Below, in pieces: positions 1-7,842 of a DNA stretch of 42,307 bases. Positions within the stretch are counted from its first letter, which is position 1. Every line of letters begins with the position of its first letter. The translations under genes were made by a program, and so were the position numbers. The notes under the pieces are model-generated. The model did not search any database, was not told the origin of the DNA, and was given only the letters and a program-made list of their open reading frames with translations. The stretch comes from a virus, in the IMG/VR virus record IMGVR_UViG_3300037474_000239; one strand, 5' to 3'.

Positions 1-127
1 TGACTTCCTGCAGCAGCGCGCGCTGCTCTGAGACGCTCAGCGGCTGTTCGTCGCCACCGGCCGCCCCGCCTTCGCCGCCATCGCTCCCTTCCCCGGGCCT
101 GGCGCCTTCGCCGTCCTCGCCCGCCCC
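1..127. repeat. 127-bp terminal overlap identical to 42181-42307. Implies a 42,180-bp circular assembly or terminally redundant molecule.
   Basis: Base-by-base comparison of both window ends (tgacttcctgcagcagcgcg ... gtcctcgcccgcccc at both). Confidence 0.95.
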
Positions 128-265
128 GGCCCCACCCTCACCGCCGTCCTCGCCGCCGGCGCCCCCATCCTCGCCGGCACCCGCGGCAGCCGCGATGGCC
201 TCTCCGAGATCCAGACCTTCTTCGCCGGCCGCCGCCGGCGCCCCACCACCATTCGCTCCAAGCAT
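1..265 (-). CDS. 5' part of a 298-aa scaffolding-like protein split by the window junction. ATG at 265-263; the ORF continues at 42180 down to the stop at 41549.
   Basis: Hand translation gives MLGANGGGAPAAAGEEGLDLGEAIAAAAGAGEDGG...GGDEQPLSVSEQRALLQEVT, in frame with the ORF ending at 41549. 265+632 nt = 299 codons. Lies between the portal and capsid genes. Confidence 0.6.
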   Translation of the reverse strand, partial: MLGANGGGAPAAAGEEGLDLGEAIAAAAGAGEDGGAGGEDGGEGGAGAGEDGEGARPGEGSDGGEGGAAGGDEQPLSVSEQRALLQEV

Positions 266-266
266 G

Positions 267-620
267 TCACCCTCCTCTCATCGGTCTTTTCTTCATCTGC
301 CGCAGCCGCTCCCTGGCGGATGCGTTCTCCTGCGAAAGCTGGCTCAAGAGGGCCTGCGCCGTCTTGGGCAGGTCCCGCAATTCCTTTATCTCGATCTCTC
401 TGGCGATGGCCACCTTCAGGTCGACCTCGCCCATCTTCAAGAAATTGTCCTCGCGTTCGCGCTCGATGTGCCGGAGCCTGATGTCAAGGCGCTCGGAGAT
501 CTCATTCCACAGGTCGGCATCGTAGGCCGCCACCAGGCGCCGGAGCTTGGAGATCTGCTTGGCCTGACCCTGGACCCTGGCCTCGAGGTTGGCCGCGGGG
601 ATGGCGCTTCCCCTACGCAC
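267..620 (-). CDS. Hypothetical charged coiled-coil protein (117 aa).
   Basis: ORF track. 8-nt overlap with the portal stop. Its stop lies 1 nt before the next ATG. High GC3. Confidence 0.6.
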   Translation of the reverse strand: MRRGSAIPAANLEARVQGQAKQISKLRRLVAAYDADLWNEISERLDIRLRHIEREREDNFLKMGEVDLKVAIAREIEIKELRDLPKTAQALLSQLSQENASARERLRQMKKRPMRGG

Positions 621-2706
621 CGGCGGGCACCATGGGTGGCATTGCCGGCGGGGCGGCGGGAGGCAAAGGGCCCGCTCCGGGCGGCATCATCGGACCCGCG
701 GGAGGGGGCGGCGGCGGGATCGCCCCGGCCTTGATGAGCTTCGTCATGACCCGGGCCTCCGCCTTCTTCTCCATATCGGCCATCTGGGCCTGTTCAACCT
801 CCGGACGGGGAGGCATGAGCGCGTCCCGGCTGGGGTTCCGCCCGCTCACGAGGAGATCGGAAAGCAGCTGGCGCCGGCGGCCGGGATCGCCGCCCACCAT
901 CGGCTCGTCCTTGAGCAGCACCCACCAGTTCGCGGCCTTGGCATATTCGACCTCGGGTGACAGGTTGACCGTGACCCCGTGCATGGCCATACGTCCCTTC
1001 GAACCAAAGAGTGAGCTTTCGACGCTGCTGACGTTCCCCTCAGAGTCCATGTAGTCCAGGGTGCTGCTGCCGAATTGCCTGTACAGGCTCCGGATGAACT
1101 CCCCGAGGTCGTCGAAACCAAGGCCGAATTCCTTGATGTAGTCCTCGATCCGCATGTTGCTCTGCTGGATCAAGGCGATGGTCTTGTTTCCGGGCGCATT
1201 CGGATCGACCCTGGATTCCTGGCCGGAGAGGAGCTGTGTCGGTCCGATGAGCATCTCCGCGTAGCGAATGATCTCCTGGCGCCGAGACTTGGCGTCCGCC
1301 TTGGCGCCGCCATTGATCTGCATGGAGACAAAGTCGCCAGGGCTATCCATCCACAGCGTCGCCCCCGGCCTGATCCAGTTCTCTTCCAGCGCCGGGTCGA
1401 AGTCCGAGTCCTTGTTCTTCAAGGTCTTCTTCCCTTTGAAGATAGGTGCCATCTCCAGCGTGTCCGAGTTCTCCTCGTAGTTGATGCTGGCGTCCAGAGA
1501 GGCGTTCATGTCCTCCAACTGCTCCGGCACCGACTTCCCGCTCATGCGCCCCGGGCGGCGGATGATCCGGAATGGGATGGCGCAGTCGCGGGCATAGGGA
1601 TACTTCGATATCCCCAAGCAGCGCTTGGTGTCGTGGCTGTAGCAGCAGAGGAAGAGGCGCTCCTTCTTTTCCCCCTGCATCTTGTACCGGACCACCAGGC
1701 GGAAGAGGCGACGTTCGTCAGAGAAGTCACCCTGGTCGTCCTCCGAGATCCCCTCGATGGCGTCCAGGGCCCGGCTCCACTTGTTGTCGTCCGTGGCCTT
1801 GGTCTTGGCGTTGATGGTCCAGGCCTTGACCGCTGACACCCACAACTTCCCATCCTCGGCCTCTTCCTTCATCGTTTCCGTGCGCGCCCGGAACATCCGC
1901 CCGTAGACCCTGCACTCCTTGAGGGTCTGGGCCGTCATGGGCGCGCGCACGAAGACAGCCTCGTCCACCACCTCAAACTTGGGGCCCAGGTAGTCGACCC
2001 GGTCCCGTTCGATCCGTACCCCGTATGGCGCGTCCGGCCCGGCTGCCGAGATTTCCTTCAAGACATCGGCGTAGGCGGTATCGTCCAGCCCAGCAGCCTC
2101 GGGCGTGGGGAATTCATTCTGGAACTCCTCCACCGTGCCGAAGGGGATGACTTCTTCCACGGGCGTCGTCTCCTCCGCCCACCAGCCCCACAGCCAGCCC
2201 AGGCCGTCTCGGGGCGTGGTGTAGAGGACGTCGCGCACGGCCTGGATGACGTTCAGCTCCGACTTGGCCTTGTAGTTGATCGCCTCTTCCTGATCCGCCG
2301 CCCTTTCCCGTGCGGCCGGGTCCAGCGTCCTGAAGTGCCAGAGCGGGTCCACGGTCGTGATAGACCTGGCCATGACGCTGTGCAGCGTCACGACGTGGAT
2401 GGCGATGAGCGGGATGTGCAGGTTCGAGGCTCCCTCCCAGGGGAAACTGGTCTGCTCCATCACCCCTTCCAGGAGGTCGTTCCACCGCACCAGGTTCTCA
2501 TGGTGGGTGCCTGAGTTCCTGATCCAGGATTCGATGCCCTTCCTGCAGAGGCTCTCAATGGCGCCCCTGGTCTTGGCGTCCAACGCCAGCAAGTCCCCGG
2601 GCACGGCTTCGGCCCATGGCTTGCCATCGGTCATGGCGCCGCCGCTGGAGACCTTCTCCTCCAGCGGTCTGGCCGAGACCTGGTCGTTGTAGCGCCGGTT
2701 TGGCAT
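613..2706 (-). CDS. Portal protein (697 aa) with a Pro/Ala/Gly-rich C-terminal tail.
   Basis: Size and position in the terminase-to-capsid module. Portal-like segment FPWEGASNLHIPLIAIH. No homology search run. Confidence 0.7.
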   Translation of the reverse strand: MPNRRYNDQVSARPLEEKVSSGGAMTDGKPWAEAVPGDLLALDAKTRGAIESLCRKGIESWIRNSGTHHENLVRWNDLLEGVMEQTSFPWEGASNLHIPLIAIHVVTLHSVMARSITTVDPLWHFRTLDPAARERAADQEEAINYKAKSELNVIQAVRDVLYTTPRDGLGWLWGWWAEETTPVEEVIPFGTVEEFQNEFPTPEAAGLDDTAYADVLKEISAAGPDAPYGVRIERDRVDYLGPKFEVVDEAVFVRAPMTAQTLKECRVYGRMFRARTETMKEEAEDGKLWVSAVKAWTINAKTKATDDNKWSRALDAIEGISEDDQGDFSDERRLFRLVVRYKMQGEKKERLFLCCYSHDTKRCLGISKYPYARDCAIPFRIIRRPGRMSGKSVPEQLEDMNASLDASINYEENSDTLEMAPIFKGKKTLKNKDSDFDPALEENWIRPGATLWMDSPGDFVSMQINGGAKADAKSRRQEIIRYAEMLIGPTQLLSGQESRVDPNAPGNKTIALIQQSNMRIEDYIKEFGLGFDDLGEFIRSLYRQFGSSTLDYMDSEGNVSSVESSLFGSKGRMAMHGVTVNLSPEVEYAKAANWWVLLKDEPMVGGDPGRRRQLLSDLLVSGRNPSRDALMPPRPEVEQAQMADMEKKAEARVMTKLIKAGAIPPPPPPAGPMMPPGAGPLPPAAPPAMPPMVPAGA

Positions 2707-2766
2707 CAGACGGGACCGGTGTCTGGCATCACTTGCCTCTCCACCACGGGCTGCGCCAGCGGGGCA

Positions 2767-3060
2767 TCAGAACGTCCGCCCCGCCTTCTCGCGCATCCGC
2801 GTCACCCGGGCCCCATCTTCCATGGGCTCGGCCGTGACGCTAATGATTTCGGGCTCGATCATGCCTTCCTCCCCCTCCATGTCCTGGGGCAGGCGCACTT
2901 TCACCGTGAGGTTGACGGTGTCGTTGCCGCGGTAGTTCTCCAGGCCCTTGATGCTCTTGGGATTGATGGAGAGGCTGGCCTCTGGCTTGTCGTTCAGGTC
3001 ATCGTAGCTGCCGCTGTTGGGGCGGTAGCCGCCCTCCTCATCCATCTCTGCGGGAGGCAT
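2767..3060 (-). CDS. Hypothetical acidic protein (97 aa).
   Basis: ORF track. TGATG 1-nt overlap with the upstream gene. High GC3. Confidence 0.6.
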   Translation of the reverse strand: MPPAEMDEEGGYRPNSGSYDDLNDKPEASLSINPKSIKGLENYRGNDTVNLTVKVRLPQDMEGEEGMIEPEIISVTAEPMEDGARVTRMREKAGRTF

Positions 3061-3227
3061 CAGAGGACCTGGCGGCCGTCCGACGTCACGACCACGTCCG
3101 CCTTCAGTTCCTTGGCGCGGGACACAGCCTGGGCGTCCTTGTCGGCCTGGGTCAGGACTTTGCCCTTGACCTCGGAATGGTTGAAGCGTTCGAGCAGCTC
3201 GTCGCCTTTCTTGATCTCGTAGAACAT
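3060..3227 (-). CDS. Small hypothetical protein (55 aa, MFYEIKKGDELLERF...).
   Basis: Internal ATG of ORF 3060..3464 at 3227, overlapping the upstream stop as TGATG. The N-terminal extension in the track looks like out-of-frame shadow. Confidence 0.5.
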   Translation of the reverse strand: MFYEIKKGDELLERFNHSEVKGKVLTQADKDAQAVSRAKELKADVVVTSDGRQVL

Positions 3228-3577
3228 CAGCGTCCTCCTCTGATCTTGTGCATGAGATGCTGGAAACCGTTCTTCGCCTGGGTCTTCTGAACCGCCGCCC
3301 GCAAGCTCGCCCGCTGCTGCTGGGCGTTCACCATCTGCGCCAGGCCCACGGCCTTGTGGCGATCCATGAAGCCCACGAACTGATCGATCAGCTCGTTGTG
3401 CTCGCTCACGACGGCCATGTTGATCTCCAGGCGCATGATGCCGTTGGCATCGATCTGGCCCCACAGCGCCGGCTTCTGGGGTTCTTCCGGCGTCTTGGCC
3501 GCGGCCGTGTCCGGCTTTGTGGTCTCTTCGGGCTTCGGTAGCTCCTGCTTGCTTCCGTCCGGCTTGATCAGGTCCAT
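3227..3577 (-). CDS. Hypothetical protein (116 aa, MDLIKPDGSKQELPKPEE...).
   Basis: ATG at 3577 is preceded by GAGGAGGA. This start avoids overlap with 3591..3827. Confidence 0.55.
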   Translation of the reverse strand: MDLIKPDGSKQELPKPEETTKPDTAAAKTPEEPQKPALWGQIDANGIMRLEINMAVVSEHNELIDQFVGFMDRHKAVGLAQMVNAQQQRASLRAAVQKTQAKNGFQHLMHKIRGGR

Positions 3578-3590
3578 GTCCCCATCCTCC

Positions 3591-3827
3591 TCAAAGGCCA
3601 GTTCGTGACGCGGCTTCAACGATCTCGCCCATGAGCCGTTCGGCCTTGCATCCAGGAATCCTAAAACCATCCCCCGTCTTCATCCGTACGAAGACGTCGG
3701 TCCCTTCGATCTTCTCCGCGGAGGCTACGTCCTCGATCGAAAGTATTTGGCCGACGTTCAAGAATACCGGCCTTCCTCCAACTCCAATCAACTTGAAGAA
3801 GAAGCCGTCCAACCGCGACGGATTCAC
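3591..3827 (-). CDS. Hypothetical protein (78 aa).
   Basis: GTG start in a GTGA overlap with the upstream stop. High GC3. Confidence 0.55.
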   Translation of the reverse strand: MNPSRLDGFFFKLIGVGGRPVFLNVGQILSIEDVASAEKIEGTDVFVRMKTGDGFRIPGCKAERLMGEIVEAASRTGL

Positions 3828-4474
3828 GCCGCCACCTCGATAGGCTCGTCGATCCCCAGCACGGCGTCGTTGTCGATCACCAGCACCACCTCAGCGTTGT
3901 GGTCGCCCAGGTGGACCTGTGTGGCATGGGTGGCGTCGAAGGCGATGCGGTCTCCGGCGCGGCAGGTGTCCACGAAGCCGCCAGCGCTCAGGACCTTGCC
4001 GACCAGGCCCTGCTGCTGGCGCTGGGCGCGCGCCCTAGCCTGGCCTGGGATGGTCAGGCCGAAGGCGGTGCGATCGGGCTGGGCTTCGGGGCGGACCAGA
4101 AGCCAGTCGCCGACCATGTCGAGGCGCGGTATGGCGCCGACGACTGCTTGGGCGAGTTCGGCATCACCCTTCCATCCCTCTGCCTCCGGTGCCCGGTCCA
4201 CAAGCCCGAATACGTTCTCCACACGCGTCACGAACACCGTGTCCCTGTCCACCGGGTCCTGAACACCCAGGAACTCCTTGTCCGAGATCCCGTTGAACTC
4301 CACCAGAAGGCCGGGCTGCAGCTTGGGGTCGCACTGCGGGCCCACGGCCAGCAGCTGGCCCTTCATGAAGTGAGCGCGCTGGCGGTTCTGCGGAAGGATG
4401 ACACCACCCTTTGTCTCCGTCTTCTTCAGCCAGCGGATCACCACGTGCATGGGTCGGGGCAGGAAAGTCGCCAT
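3824..4474 (-). CDS. Tandem double GroES/Cpn10-like co-chaperonin (216 aa from ATG 4474; alternative TTG start at 4513).
   Basis: Two Cpn10-like halves. First: RPMHVVIRWLKKTETKGGVILPQ..KGQLLAVGP..LQPGLLVEF. Second: GDWLLVRPE..FGLTIPG..GKVLSAGG..RAGDRIAFD..VLVIDNDAVLGI. Compared by eye with E. coli GroES (RPLHDRVIVKR.EVETKSAGGIVL..GEVLAVG). Confidence 0.65.
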   Translation of the reverse strand: MATFLPRPMHVVIRWLKKTETKGGVILPQNRQRAHFMKGQLLAVGPQCDPKLQPGLLVEFNGISDKEFLGVQDPVDRDTVFVTRVENVFGLVDRAPEAEGWKGDAELAQAVVGAIPRLDMVGDWLLVRPEAQPDRTAFGLTIPGQARARAQRQQQGLVGKVLSAGGFVDTCRAGDRIAFDATHATQVHLGDHNAEVVLVIDNDAVLGIDEPIEVAA

Positions 4475-4509
4475 GTCGACGCCTTCGATGACCTCGTAGC
4501 CGGCGGGGA

Positions 4510-4863
4510 TCAAGAGGGCACCGCCTCGGCCGGCTCGTAGGTTTCGGCGAAGATGCCAGGCTTGCAGGGGTAGCGTTCACCTTGGACTCCGGTGATGATC
4601 CAGTCGCCCGGGCAAACCTGGTAGCCGCCTTCCAGTGTGTCGATGAAGCCGTGATCGTGGAACATCCTCCCGCAATAGGCGCAGTTGTCAGCGCCCGGGA
4701 CGAACGGGTGGCGGAAGTAGCGCACCACCGCCCCCTCCCGCGGCTCTACGGGCACAGCACCCGTGTCCTCGAAGGGGCGAAACACATCATCCTGGGGATG
4801 GTCCCCATTCTTGAACCACTGCGTTGCCTCAACTACACACGGCTTCTTCCTGAATTTCGACAT
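4510..4863 (-). CDS. Conserved-looking phage protein of unknown function (117 aa, MSKFRKKPCVVEATQW...GDWIITGVQGERYPCKPGIFAETYE).
   Basis: ATG at 4863 with GAGGAGGGTGGGA upstream. The KKP..V.A.QW / GDW..G..GE.YPCKP.IF..TYE pattern is reminiscent of small phage proteins. Confidence 0.6.
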   Translation of the reverse strand: MSKFRKKPCVVEATQWFKNGDHPQDDVFRPFEDTGAVPVEPREGAVVRYFRHPFVPGADNCAYCGRMFHDHGFIDTLEGGYQVCPGDWIITGVQGERYPCKPGIFAETYEPAEAVPS

Positions 4864-4874
4864 TCCCACCCTCC

Positions 4875-6533
4875 TCACCTGAATCCGGCCAGGGCCCCAC
4901 CACGGGATCTGGCTCTCGAAACCATCTGCTGCCGGGTCCGCCCGGGAAGGCTCACTCCGCCAGTCACTATCACCGCCGGCTCCAGGTCCCCCTCGATCTC
5001 CCGGGCCACCGGGTCATAGGTCATGGCATGCACGGCGATCGCCGCCGCCATGACTTGGTCGTCGTGGCAGCCGGCGCGGGCCTCCGGCTTTCCGGACTTG
5101 TTGCGGACGAAGTTGTAGAACTCGTCCACCAGAGAACGATCGCGAAGCGTCAGCCGCTTCTTGCGGATGGCGTCCTGAAGATGGGCGACGGCGTCGGGGC
5201 GGGTGGCGGAGGTCGTCTCCCATCCGTATTCCTCGCCGCTCTCGCGCTCGCCGTTGTTGAGAACGGTCTGCCGGTAGAGGCGGGGATACCGCAACTCCAC
5301 CAGCTTGGCGCCGGTCGTTCCACCCGGGCCGGGCCACACCTCCACCGCGATCTTGGCGGTGTTGTAGTACGTCCCCAGGCCGAACAGGATTCGGCCGAAC
5401 TCCATAGGCTCGATCTTGCCGTGCCACTTGGCGGCCAGGGTCCAGGAGTCGCGGTCGAAGACGAGAGCGACGCTGCTGTCCCCCTTGTCCCCGCCCTTGG
5501 CCACGTCCGCCGCGATGAAATAGCGCCGGCGATCATCCGGCACGTCCCAGACCAGAAGGCGTCCGCTGGGATCGGGAACGAACTCCGGGAACTCGCCGGC
5601 GTCCTGGAGCACGCCTCGCCACTTCGGCTCTCGGATCGTGGTCTCCTGGGCCTCCAGACCTGCGGCGTCGAAGATGCACTTTCCGCTGGCCAGGAAGGCC
5701 TCCCGGGCGTTGGATGGGTGCTCCTGCGGCATCTTGCTTTTGTCGACCATGCCGTCGTGCTTCTTGCGGTACCACGCCAGCTGGCGTTCGGTGAGGCGAT
5801 ACCTCTTCTGCATGGCGAGTTCTTCCGGCCGCCACGAGATTCCCATCGGCACGTCCGCCACGTTGGTCGGGTCCTCGAACCAAGCGAAAAAGTGGAACTT
5901 CCACGGGCCCTGGTAGTCCGGCTGCGTCGCCTCCACCACCATCCGGTGGAAGAAGCCGCCGACGCCGTTGGCGGTGGTCTCGATGACCTTGTGGGCGCCT
6001 GGGACGCAGGCCTCGAGGACGCTGGTGACGGCCTCCTCCGAACCGTAGAAGGCAGCCTCGGAGAGATGGGCGTGGGTGACGTCGCGGCCGCGGCCGAAGG
6101 CGCGGCTGCCGGCGGTCCCGATCCAGTAGCGGCTGTGGGAGTGGGGGAAGTAGATCTCCCGCTGGTTGTCTTTCTCGAGGCCGACCTTCACGCGGACGTC
6201 GTTGAGGCCCATGGTGTCCAGGAAATACTTCACCCGGTCCATGTGGATGACGGTGTCGTCCAGGGTGTGCGCCATCGTGATGGCGTTGGTGTTGTCGTTG
6301 AAGATGCAGGCGTGCAGGAACAGCGCCTCGATCTCGGTGGAGAACCCCTCCTTCCTGGCCTTCAGGATGATGTCGGCGAGGGTGCGCTCTTTGTAGTAGC
6401 GCTCCTGCATGGGGTTGAAGAGGAACGGGACCTTCTTCCGCTCCTTGTCCACCACGTAGAGGAACGTCTCGATGAAGAAGCGGGGGTCCTTCTCGAGGCG
6501 CGCAATGAGGTCGGCGTCAGCGGTCTTGGACAT
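4875..6533 (-). CDS. terL: Terminase large subunit (552 aa).
   Basis: Size, position directly after the small terminase subunit with a 17-nt overlap, and Walker-A-like ILKARKEGFST. Confidence 0.85.
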   Translation of the reverse strand: MSKTADADLIARLEKDPRFFIETFLYVVDKERKKVPFLFNPMQERYYKERTLADIILKARKEGFSTEIEALFLHACIFNDNTNAITMAHTLDDTVIHMDRVKYFLDTMGLNDVRVKVGLEKDNQREIYFPHSHSRYWIGTAGSRAFGRGRDVTHAHLSEAAFYGSEEAVTSVLEACVPGAHKVIETTANGVGGFFHRMVVEATQPDYQGPWKFHFFAWFEDPTNVADVPMGISWRPEELAMQKRYRLTERQLAWYRKKHDGMVDKSKMPQEHPSNAREAFLASGKCIFDAAGLEAQETTIREPKWRGVLQDAGEFPEFVPDPSGRLLVWDVPDDRRRYFIAADVAKGGDKGDSSVALVFDRDSWTLAAKWHGKIEPMEFGRILFGLGTYYNTAKIAVEVWPGPGGTTGAKLVELRYPRLYRQTVLNNGERESGEEYGWETTSATRPDAVAHLQDAIRKKRLTLRDRSLVDEFYNFVRNKSGKPEARAGCHDDQVMAAAIAVHAMTYDPVAREIEGDLEPAVIVTGGVSLPGRTRQQMVSRARSRGGALAGFR

Positions 6534-6984
6534 TCCTCGCCTTCCTTGCCCGCCTGATCAGCTCCACCAAGTCCTGGTCGGCTGAGTGCTGCACCTTCTC
6601 GGTGAACAGAGCCAGGTGCTGGCCCAGCATCTTGAGGGCGGCGTTCGCGCCCATGGAATCGAACTCCCAGACGCCATTGCCGTCCTCATCGACCGCCTGC
6701 TGCCGGTCCTTGCCCTGGCCGACCATCACCGGCACCCGCTGCATGGTGCGCTCCACGATCTCCTTTAGCGAAGAGAGGACGTACTCGGCTGTGACATCTG
6801 CCTTCGCGGCCACCTTCTGCAGCCTTTCCTCGATGGCCGCCTTAACGTGAGGGAATGTCAGGAGCTCGGATGCGATGGCCCGCGCGGTCTTGGCCGAGTA
6901 TCCGGCCCGAATCGCGGCTTGGGCGCCGTTGGAGTCCTTCAGGTATTCGTCGACGAAACGCCGCTGCTTGGGCTTCAGCGTCAC
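6517..6984 (-). CDS. terS: Terminase small subunit, Terminase_2-like (155 aa).
   Basis: N-terminus LKPKQRRFVDEYLKDSNGAQAAIRAGYSAKTARAIASELL matches the classic small-terminase HTH signature. GTG start with GAAGAGG upstream. Confidence 0.85.
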   Translation of the reverse strand: MTLKPKQRRFVDEYLKDSNGAQAAIRAGYSAKTARAIASELLTFPHVKAAIEERLQKVAAKADVTAEYVLSSLKEIVERTMQRVPVMVGQGKDRQQAVDEDGNGVWEFDSMGANAALKMLGQHLALFTEKVQHSADQDLVELIRRARKARNVQDR

Positions 6985-7022
6985 AGCTTTGGCCTCTTCG
7001 GAAAAACCCTGCCGTCCCGATG

Positions 7023-7094
7023 AGCCCCCGCGAGGACTTGAACCCCGATCAACCGCTTACAAGGCGGCCGCTCTGCCGGCTGAGCTACAAGGGC
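7023..7094 (-). tRNA. tRNA-Thr, anticodon UGU, 72 nt, no encoded CCA.
   Basis: Hand-folded cloverleaf: GCCCTTG TA GCTC AGCCGGCA GAGC G GCCGC CTTGTAA GCGGT TGAT CGGGG TTCAAGT CCTCG CGGGGGC T. All four stems pair (with G-U pairs). U33 and A37 are present and the T-loop is TTCAAGT. Confidence 0.8.
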
Positions 7095-7099
7095 GAAAG

Positions 7100-7333
7100 T
7101 CACGGGAGGGCGATCCTCCGCAGATCCTTGGAGATCTGCCGGGCGAGGACATCGCTGAGGCGGACGTAGACGGCCCCCTCATGGCCCGCCGGCTCCCCAG
7201 GCTGGACACCCATTCGCTCCGCGTTGTCCAGCGCATTCGCCAGGTTGATGAGGACGTTGCTGTCGCGAAGGCTGAGCTCCCGCGTGGGCCGGACCGCCTT
7301 TTCCTGGGCGGCGGCCTGGATGGCGGAGGTCAC
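7100..7333 (-). CDS. Hypothetical protein (77 aa).
   Basis: GTG start in a GTGA overlap with the upstream stop. Ends 6 nt before the tRNA. Confidence 0.5.
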   Translation of the reverse strand: MTSAIQAAAQEKAVRPTRELSLRDSNVLINLANALDNAERMGVQPGEPAGHEGAVYVRLSDVLARQISKDLRRIALP

Positions 7334-7626
7334 TTGCCCTCCGCGTCAACGCAGAGATCGTTGACGAGCTCGCGACCTTTCTGTTCTTCGCACGCCAGCT
7401 TCAGCCTCAGGAGGAGGTAGTCGGCGCGGTTCTTCAGCACCTGAACCTTGTCGGACCAGGACTTCAGGTCCAGCGAGCACCTCTCCGCCCGGCCGGCGCG
7501 GTAGGCGGCCTCGACCGCCTTCCGGTTGGCGGTAGCGGTGACGCAACCGCCCAGCAGGCTCATGACGAGGCAGCACCATACGATCCAGAGCACCAGCGCC
7601 CGCAATGAGATCGTCCGCTCCAACAT
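7330..7626 (-). CDS. Putative lipoprotein with a coiled-coil body (98 aa from ATG 7626; upstream alternative starts at 7674 and 7707).
   Basis: Signal plus lipobox MLERTISLRALVLWIVWCCLVMSLLGG|C. GC3 drops upstream of 7626. First gene of the leftward late block. Confidence 0.55.
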   Translation of the reverse strand: MLERTISLRALVLWIVWCCLVMSLLGGCVTATANRKAVEAAYRAGRAERCSLDLKSWSDKVQVLKNRADYLLLRLKLACEEQKGRELVNDLCVDAEGK

Positions 7627-7628
7627 CG

Positions 7629-7656
7629 AAAAAAAGCGGGTCCCATTAGGACGCGC
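7629..7656 (-). terminator. Intrinsic-terminator-like hairpin plus T7 run, immediately upstream of the first late gene.
   Basis: Minus strand reads GCGCGTCC-TAATG-GGACCCGC-TTTTTTT: an 8-bp stem with one mismatch, a 5-nt loop and 7 T. Confidence 0.5.
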
Positions 7657-7816
7657 GCGAGGCAACGTCGTCATGGGACCCGAATCGGTGTGCGCCTTTC
7701 CGGTCACGCCCCTGTTATACCGTCCAGGGTTACATTTTCGCCACGATATAATTCAGATTTACACGGGTCATCTTCGACGGAAAAGATGGGCTGACCCCCC
7801 GGGGGGCATGTTTACG

Positions 7817-7842
7817 CACCCGATGGTGATATAATAGGCCTC
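7817..7842 (+). promoter_or_regulatory. Extended -10 promoter (TGATATAAT) with a GGTGATAT operator half-site. The -10 ends 7 nt before ATG 7843, consistent with a leaderless mRNA.
   Basis: cacccgatGGTGATATAATaggcctcATG. No Shine-Dalgarno. CACCnnnnGGTG partial dyad. Confidence 0.5.

Noticed and set aside
1-127. Treating the 127-bp end repeat as a biological direct terminal repeat or cos region.
   Set aside because: It lies inside an open reading frame and has no flanking packaging features. An exact end overlap of this kind is what assemblers emit for circular or permuted molecules, so the true termini cannot be inferred from the contig.
7795-7806. CCCCCCGGGGGG perfect 12-bp palindrome in the divergent control region.
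   Set aside because: It is too short and loop-less to be a convincing terminator, and there is only a single occurrence. It may simply be a homopolymer junction or restriction-type site. Noted but not interpretable from sequence alone.
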